Shown one piece after another: positions 27,406 through 32,000 of a DNA stretch of 32,000 bases. The DNA comes from Thermodesulfobacteriota bacterium. Lineage in GTDB: Bacteria; Desulfobacterota; WTBG01; JAGOGO01. A program made the position numbers and the translations under genes. Location of the stretch: contig CP113000.1 in assembly GCA_026625185.1 (NCBI GenBank), forward strand, positions 2,712,651-2,744,650, in the 5' to 3' direction. Every line of letters starts with the position of its first letter. The stretch's first letter is position 1. A model generated the notes under the pieces. It made no database searches. It saw nothing but the letters and a program-made list of their open reading frames with translations, and was not told the DNA's origin.

Positions 27406-28293
27406 ATGGTTTCCTTATTTAAAAAAGCATTGGAATCAAAAAAGTTTGTAGTAACTTCAGAAGTTGCACCACCAAAAGGTACCAATCTGGAAAAAATTAA
27501 ACACCATATAGAACTACTCAAAAATAAAGTAGATGGGATCAACATTACTGACCACCAAAGTTCAGTAATGCGTTATCCGTCGTTAGGCGGTGCGCTATTA
27601 GTCAAGGAGATGGGGGGAGAGCCAATTCTTCAAATGACTTGTCGTGACCGAAACCGGCTTGCGCTTCAAGCGGATCTTCTTTTCGCTTATAGTCGAGGAA
27701 TCAGCAATGTTCTTTGTTTAACAGGAGATTCGATTCTCATGGGGGATCACAAAGAGGCAAAAGGGGTATTTGATATGGATTCAAGTCAATTAGTGGCAAC
27801 AATCAGAAAGTTAGAAAAGGGAAAAGACCTTGGAGGCAATGATCTTGACGGGGCGGTTTCATTTTGCGCTGGCGCAATTGTAACCCCGGAAGCAAATCCC
27901 CTTGAGCCGCAGTTGATAAAATTTGAAAAAAAAGTAGAGGCAGGAGCAGAGTTCATCCAAACGCAAGCAATTTATGATCTTGACCTTTTTAAACATTTTA
28001 TGGAGTATGCCGAGCAATTTCCGGTAAAAGTTCTGGCAGGGGTTATTCTTTTAACCTCAGCCCAGATGGCTCGGTTTATGAACAAAAATGTGGCCGGGGT
28101 AAACGTTCCCCAAAATTTAATCGATGAGTTGTCTACAGCCCCAAAAGGGCGGGCAATAGAAAAGGGAATCGAAATCGCGGGCCGTATGATAAAAAAAATT
28201 AGAAAACAAAAGTTGTGTACGGGAGTGCACATCATGGCCATCGGAAGGGAAGAGTTGGTTCCGGAAATAATGTCAGCCGCCGAATTAGGTTAA
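27406..28293 (+). CDS. metF: Methylenetetrahydrofolate reductase, MetF (acetogen/anaerobe short type)
   Basis: KFVVTSEVAPPKG, ITDHQSS, QMTCRDRNR, LCLTGD and QAIYD blocks are typical of MetF proteins that partner with MetV. AAGGAG lies 6 nt upstream of the ATG at 27406, so this is preferred to the ORF-track start at 27352. Confidence 0.85.
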   Translation: MVSLFKKALESKKFVVTSEVAPPKGTNLEKIKHHIELLKNKVDGINITDHQSSVMRYPSLGGALLVKEMGGEPILQMTCRDRNRLALQADLLFAYSRGISNVLCLTGDSILMGDHKEAKGVFDMDSSQLVATIRKLEKGKDLGGNDLDGAVSFCAGAIVTPEANPLEPQLIKFEKKVEAGAEFIQTQAIYDLDLFKHFMEYAEQFPVKVLAGVILLTSAQMARFMNKNVAGVNVPQNLIDELSTAPKGRAIEKGIEIAGRMIKKIRKQKLCTGVHIMAIGREELVPEIMSAAELG

Positions 28294-28605
28294 TTTATCA
28301 GGTAAAAAATATTTCCCCAAAAGAAAATCATTAAATTCCCATTTAAAAGTAACCTAAAACAAAGATGCACTTTAAGAAAAAGGGATAACAACTTTAAAAA
28401 GGAAAAGTTAACATAATATATCTTATCAGACGTTGTAAAAAAAATGGAAAAACTTAAAGTAAATGTAACCTGTTACCTTAATTTTTTAGCTTAAATTAAT
28501 ATAATTTGTTATCAGAGGGATATAATTACTATAATAATAAAGGAATTTAGTGGTATTTGAGCTACAACATTAACTATTAATTAAAGAATCACTTGATTTA
28601 GAAAA

Positions 28606-29709
28606 TTAATTGGGTGGCGAGGAGTTGATTGAATGCAAAGGGATTGATGGTTCTTGCTCTTGTTGGATTGAGGTTAAAGAATCAGAGACCTTTAATATTG
28701 CATCCTTAAATATATCTCCCATTACCGTTGTGGTCATCTGATTTGAATGGATACTTATTATATTCATTGTTCCTGAAGAACTTAGAACCGCTGTTTTTTC
28801 TTTTACCATCATTTTTCCATAGGGAGTATTGAACGTGGCATTTATCTGATTAAGAGGTTTTTGAAAAATAGAAAATGAACTCAGGCCGTCCGTATAGAAA
28901 AACTGGATTGTTTTTTCCGAACCTAGTGATCTCAAAATTATATTGTTTAAATTAAAACCTAGAGGAATATAAATGGGGAATGATATTTCTTTTCCCATCT
29001 GGTTTTTTGCCTCTGTTAAGGTTAAATTAAATTTTTCCTTGACCTCAATAAATTCTGTTTGTGGAGGAACCTGGAGATCAAGGTTTTCCTTGTTTGCCGT
29101 CACCTGGAAATCTATAGCTGAAAAAAAAGATAATGAAACCAAGTCATTATCTGATCCATATTTTTCTATTTTAAACGGGATTCCTGTTTCGGAATCGATC
29201 CAGTATATTTGCTGGGGCCGATCGTTTGTTTTTGGTATAAAAGCAACTTTATAACAGATTCTTTTGTTGGCCTCATACTTCCCCAACATTTTTATATTAT
29301 AATTTTTTTTAACAAGGTAAAGTATTTCTTTAGATTTACTATTTAATGGGTGATTTATTTTGGTGGTTTCCTTTATTAGTGAATTTTTATTTGGAAAAAA
29401 TCGCCAAAGATTTTTCCCATCATCATAATCAATCTCTTTTTCAATCCCATTGGTAAGAAGCTCTTCTTTTCGTAGAATATTTCCATAATTTTCTATTTTA
29501 TAACGGCAGACTTCAGAAAAAGGGCTGTTGATTAATATGGTGGTCATGATTCCCTGGTATTTAATCAAGGAATTAGCCTGTTGCATTTTAATTAAGATTT
29601 GACTGATATTGTTTTCCTCAGATTTATTTTTATTGTTTCCGGAAGCTAACCGAAATGTCCCCAGAACAAATATCAAATAAATAACTATTGATAATTTAAT
29701 TAGTTTCAT
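28606..29709 (-). CDS. MucB/RseB-like periplasmic regulator of the ECF sigma / anti-sigma pair
   Basis: The signal-like N-terminus is MKLIKLSIVIYLIFVLGTFRLASG. Blocks are colinear with E. coli RseB: ILIKMQQANSLIKYQG, QIYWIDSETGIPFKIEKY, IPLGFNL...FFYTDGLSSFSIF and TTVMGDI. The ATG at 29709 overlaps the anti-sigma stop (TAATG), so this is preferred to the ORF-track start at 29757. Confidence 0.7.
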   Translation of the reverse strand: MKLIKLSIVIYLIFVLGTFRLASGNNKNKSEENNISQILIKMQQANSLIKYQGIMTTILINSPFSEVCRYKIENYGNILRKEELLTNGIEKEIDYDDGKNLWRFFPNKNSLIKETTKINHPLNSKSKEILYLVKKNYNIKMLGKYEANKRICYKVAFIPKTNDRPQQIYWIDSETGIPFKIEKYGSDNDLVSLSFFSAIDFQVTANKENLDLQVPPQTEFIEVKEKFNLTLTEAKNQMGKEISFPIYIPLGFNLNNIILRSLGSEKTIQFFYTDGLSSFSIFQKPLNQINATFNTPYGKMMVKEKTAVLSSSGTMNIISIHSNQMTTTVMGDIFKDAILKVSDSLTSIQQEQEPSIPLHSINSSPPN

Positions 29710-30299
29710 TATTGATGGTCGGTTGATGCGGTGTATGCGGTATATTTTAAGAGGCATGGTTCATTAGCTAAAGTTTCGATTGATGAAGAAGCTACGTGAT
29801 GAAAAACAATTGCCTTTTTTTCATCTTCCAAACTGGCAAGTTGAGCGGCACCCTGAAGAGGTTTTTTGACTTGAAGTTCATACACACTTAATAATTTTTT
29901 TGGTTCGTGATGGGTATGAAAGTTTTCTAAAAAAACACCGGTTAGCACCCCGATTAAAATCAAAAATGAAAAAACTACTGCGTAAAAAGGGTTCTTGATG
30001 GGGAAAAAAAGCCAGTTTATAAACTGAGAAAGATTAAACGAATATTTTTTTGTTGTGGGATCATGATCTTCCTGAGTAATTTTTTCTATAATTCTTTGAG
30101 CAAAATTCAGGTCGGGTATTGGGCCGGAAGGAATTGCTTGGAGTGAAAGTAATTTTTCTTTCTGGAGGATAAGGTCGGTTAAATTTTTTTTACAGCACTG
30201 ACACCCCTCTAAATGAAACAAGAGGACTTTTAACTCTTTTTTTGAGAGCCCATCATCAAGATAGCCCGAAATCAACTCCTGGTATTCAATGCAATTCAT
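29709..30299 (-). CDS. Zinc-binding (ZAS, zf-HC2) transmembrane anti-sigma factor
   Basis: The N-terminus MNCIEYQELISGYLDDGL....HLEGCQCC carries the HxxxCxxC motif. There is a single TM (FYAVVFSFLILIGVLTGVF). The gene lies immediately downstream of the ECF sigma gene. Confidence 0.75.
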   Translation of the reverse strand: MNCIEYQELISGYLDDGLSKKELKVLLFHLEGCQCCKKNLTDLILQKEKLLSLQAIPSGPIPDLNFAQRIIEKITQEDHDPTTKKYSFNLSQFINWLFFPIKNPFYAVVFSFLILIGVLTGVFLENFHTHHEPKKLLSVYELQVKKPLQGAAQLASLEDEKKAIVFHHVASSSIETLANEPCLLKYTAYTASTDHQ

Positions 30300-30309
30300 A
30301 GGTTCCTTT

Positions 30310-30888
30310 CTACATAAAGGGTTCTAATTTTTCTTTTAAAAGGCGACGGGCATGAAAAAGCCGCGACCGGACAGTGCCCACTGGGCATTTTAATATTTCC
30401 GCGATCTCTTCATAATTCATATCTTCAAATTCTCTCAAAAGAAGAATTGCTCGTAAGCGTTCGGGGAGCGAATCTAACGCCTCTCTCACTACAAAAGCTG
30501 TTTCTTCAAGTAAAATATTGTTTTCTGGAGTTCCAAATTTATTATCGGGTAAGTTTCGAAAAAAATTATTTTCCTCAGACTCGGAATCCAGTGAAAAATG
30601 ATTTCGCGCGTGCAGATAATTGATGCTGTTATTAATCGCGATCCTGCGAAGCCAGGTATAGAAAGATGAATTCCCTTTAAATGTTTTAATCGACCGAAAA
30701 GCCCTTAAAAAGGTTTCCTGGGCTAATTCGGGCACGATATTTCTTTCCTTTGTAAAATTAAAAATGAGGTTAAAAATCTGCTTTTCATATTTAATAATCA
30801 ACAGTTCAAAAGATTTCTTATTTCCTTTTTTGGTCTCTTCAAGCAGAACATCATCGCTTTTTTGCAAATTTTTTCTCTCTCCAACCAT
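30310..30888 (-). CDS. ECF-type RNA polymerase sigma factor (sigma-70 regions 2 and 4)
   Basis: Region 2 is AQETFLRAFRSIKTFKGNSSFYTWLRRIAIN. Region 4 is LPERLRAILLLREFEDMNYEEIAEILKCPVGTVRSRLFHAR. The ATG at 30888 and the TTG at 30891 are equally possible starts. Confidence 0.9.
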   Translation of the reverse strand: MVGERKNLQKSDDVLLEETKKGNKKSFELLIIKYEKQIFNLIFNFTKERNIVPELAQETFLRAFRSIKTFKGNSSFYTWLRRIAINNSINYLHARNHFSLDSESEENNFFRNLPDNKFGTPENNILLEETAFVVREALDSLPERLRAILLLREFEDMNYEEIAEILKCPVGTVRSRLFHARRLLKEKLEPFM

Positions 30889-30906
30889 CAAATAATACTT
30901 TGATTT

Positions 30907-30934
30907 TCAGACCATTAATATACGAAAAAGTTCA
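30907..30934 (-). promoter_or_regulatory. SigmaE/ECF-like promoter upstream of the sigma gene (probable autoregulation)
   Basis: The minus strand reads TGAACTT, then 16 nt (TTTCGTATATTAATGG), then TCTGA. This resembles the GGAACTT-N16-TCTGA/TCAAA sigmaE-type consensus. The -10 element ends about 16-19 nt before the start codon. Confidence 0.45.
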
Positions 30935-31073
30935 AAAACAACAATAAGATCTCAATTCGAGGTAACCGTTACTTAATTTTTAAAAATCATTATACTTCCC
31001 TTATAATTTTTTTCAAGGTTTCGGTTGATTTTAGGACAGTCCATCGAAAAGCTAACCATGATGCCTTATCAGA

Positions 31074-31712
31074 TTAAAGGCAACTTAAAAAAAATCTTTT
31101 TACTTCCTCTCCAATCTCACCTTCCCTTCCGAAAAAAAAATGATCTGATTGCGGCAGGATAACCTTCTTTTTTGATGAAAAAATTTTATCAAAGACGATT
31201 TCAAATTCTTTTTTGTTGCAAAAGGTATCATGGTCTCCCCTTACGAAGAGAATTGGTAAGGCATTATCGTGAAGAAAGTTAAAGTCATATAACCCACAGG
31301 GGGGCGCGATTCCGGCTACTGCCCGGAGAGCATTAATGGTGAGCGCTGCTTGCAATCCAACCCAGGCTCCGAAAGAATAGCCGACAAGAAATATGCGGTT
31401 TCGATCAACCTTGGCGTGGGAGCTTAAAAAATTAACGGCGGCAATAACATCATCAACCTCTCCTTTACCCTCATCGTATTTACCTTCGCTTAAAGTTACC
31501 CCACGAAAATTAAAACGGAGGATTAAAAATTCTTCCGTTTCTAAAGCTTCTTTTATTCCCAGGACAACGTTATTATTCATATCGCCCCCATAAAGCGGGT
31601 GGGGATGACAAATTATCACCCCGGGACACGAAGAAGATTTTTGAGGATGCGATAATACTCCTTCCAGGGTAATGCCGCCACTTTTGAAAAAAATATGTTC
31701 ATGATTAATCAT
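31074..31712 (-). CDS. Alpha/beta-fold hydrolase (small, dienelactone-hydrolase-like)
   Basis: 212 aa with the nucleophile elbow GYSFGA and an HPHPLYGG oxyanion-region-like block. D and H candidates lie near the C-terminus (GDHD, SDHFF). The start overlaps the upstream gene's stop (ATGA). Confidence 0.7.
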   Translation of the reverse strand: MINHEHIFFKSGGITLEGVLSHPQKSSSCPGVIICHPHPLYGGDMNNNVVLGIKEALETEEFLILRFNFRGVTLSEGKYDEGKGEVDDVIAAVNFLSSHAKVDRNRIFLVGYSFGAWVGLQAALTINALRAVAGIAPPCGLYDFNFLHDNALPILFVRGDHDTFCNKKEFEIVFDKIFSSKKKVILPQSDHFFFGREGEIGEEVKRFFLSCL

Positions 31713-32000
31713 GAATATTCCAATACCTCAAGCTTTATTTTATTCACAACGCTTAAAATTTTTATTTGATCACTTAACTCTCCGATTACTAACCGGATAT
31801 GAGCGGCATCCGCAGGAAATTGGTTAAACGTCGGATCAATTGCTACCCATCGGCCCAGGTAAATTTCCGGCCAGGAGTGATAATAAAATTTGTCTTTAAG
31901 ATAGACTAGTCCCACGCATATCCGGGTGGGTATTCCTAACGAACGAGATAACGCGGTAAAAAGGGCGGTGTGTTCATTACAGTCGCCGACCTTGAGAGCA
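31709..32000 (-). CDS. Transglutaminase-like cysteine-protease-fold protein, C-terminal part (gene runs off the right edge)
   Basis: Hand translation of the minus strand from the window edge gives LKVGDCNEHTALFTALSRSLGIPTRICVGLVYLKDKFYYHSWPEIYLGRWVAIDPT... This shows the GDC..H / H(S)W / D pattern of the transglutaminase core. The ORF-track Met at 31915 is internal. Confidence 0.75.
   Translation of the reverse strand, partial: ALKVGDCNEHTALFTALSRSLGIPTRICVGLVYLKDKFYYHSWPEIYLGRWVAIDPTFNQFPADAAHIRLVIGELSDQIKILSVVNKIKLEVLEYS

Noticed and set aside
28294-28605. 312-nt AT-rich convergent spacer between metF and the RseB-like gene, examined for terminators, tRNA or ncRNA
   Set aside because: Only a marginal 4-5-bp GTAAC/GTTAC stem before TTAATTTTTT (about 28465-28490) is present. 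Nothing here is strong enough to call.
1-32000. CRISPR arrays, IS elements or transposases, integrases, prophage genes, toxin-antitoxin pairs and known defence systems
   Set aside because: I found no spaced direct-repeat array, no terminal inverted repeats flanking an ORF, and no ORF with transposase, integrase, nuclease or defence hallmarks on either strand. The window reads as core chromosome.

Overview
This is a chromosomal, mostly housekeeping window from a moderately AT-rich bacterium. The gene content suggests an anaerobe, but the taxon cannot be fixed from this sequence alone. I found no CRISPR array, transposase, integrase, prophage or recognisable defence genes.

Gene content, left to right:
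- Minus strand: hom (partial), an AlaC-like aminotransferase and an HDAC-family deacetylase.
- Two tRNAs: Gln-CTG and a CAT-anticodon tRNA.
- A long plus-strand run: tilS, ftsH, folP, a decayed glmM C-terminal remnant, pdxJ, nnr, tsaE, lysC, cimA, a comEA-like gene, a TPR protein, a HAD hydrolase and two tandem DUF21-CBS (CNNM/CorC) genes.
- A tightly packed seven-gene plus-strand cluster at 18848-28293.
- A minus-strand ECF sigma / zinc anti-sigma / RseB-like operon, an alpha/beta hydrolase and a partial transglutaminase-like gene.

The cluster at 18848-28293 is the most interesting region. It encodes an HTH-receiver regulator, a divergent MetF-like protein and an FdhA/NuoG-like Fe-S molybdopterin-fold protein that lacks the catalytic Cys/Sec-His. 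These are followed by a NuoE-like protein, a 1057-aa NuoF::GltD fusion, MetV and MetF. It looks like a methylene-tetrahydrofolate reductase wired to a redox-partner set different from the types I know. Those types are MetF alone, MetFV, MetFV-HdrABC-MvhD and MetFV-RnfC2. That functional reading is inference.

Smaller curiosities:
- A frameshifted glmM relic sits at the conserved ftsH-folP-glmM position.
- A four-copy motif between ftsH and folP can form alternative pairings.
- A tRNA(CAT)-hairpin-tilS junction leaves no room for a separate tilS promoter.
- A nested REP-like palindrome pair lies between alaC and hom.
- A sigmaE-like promoter lies in front of the ECF operon.
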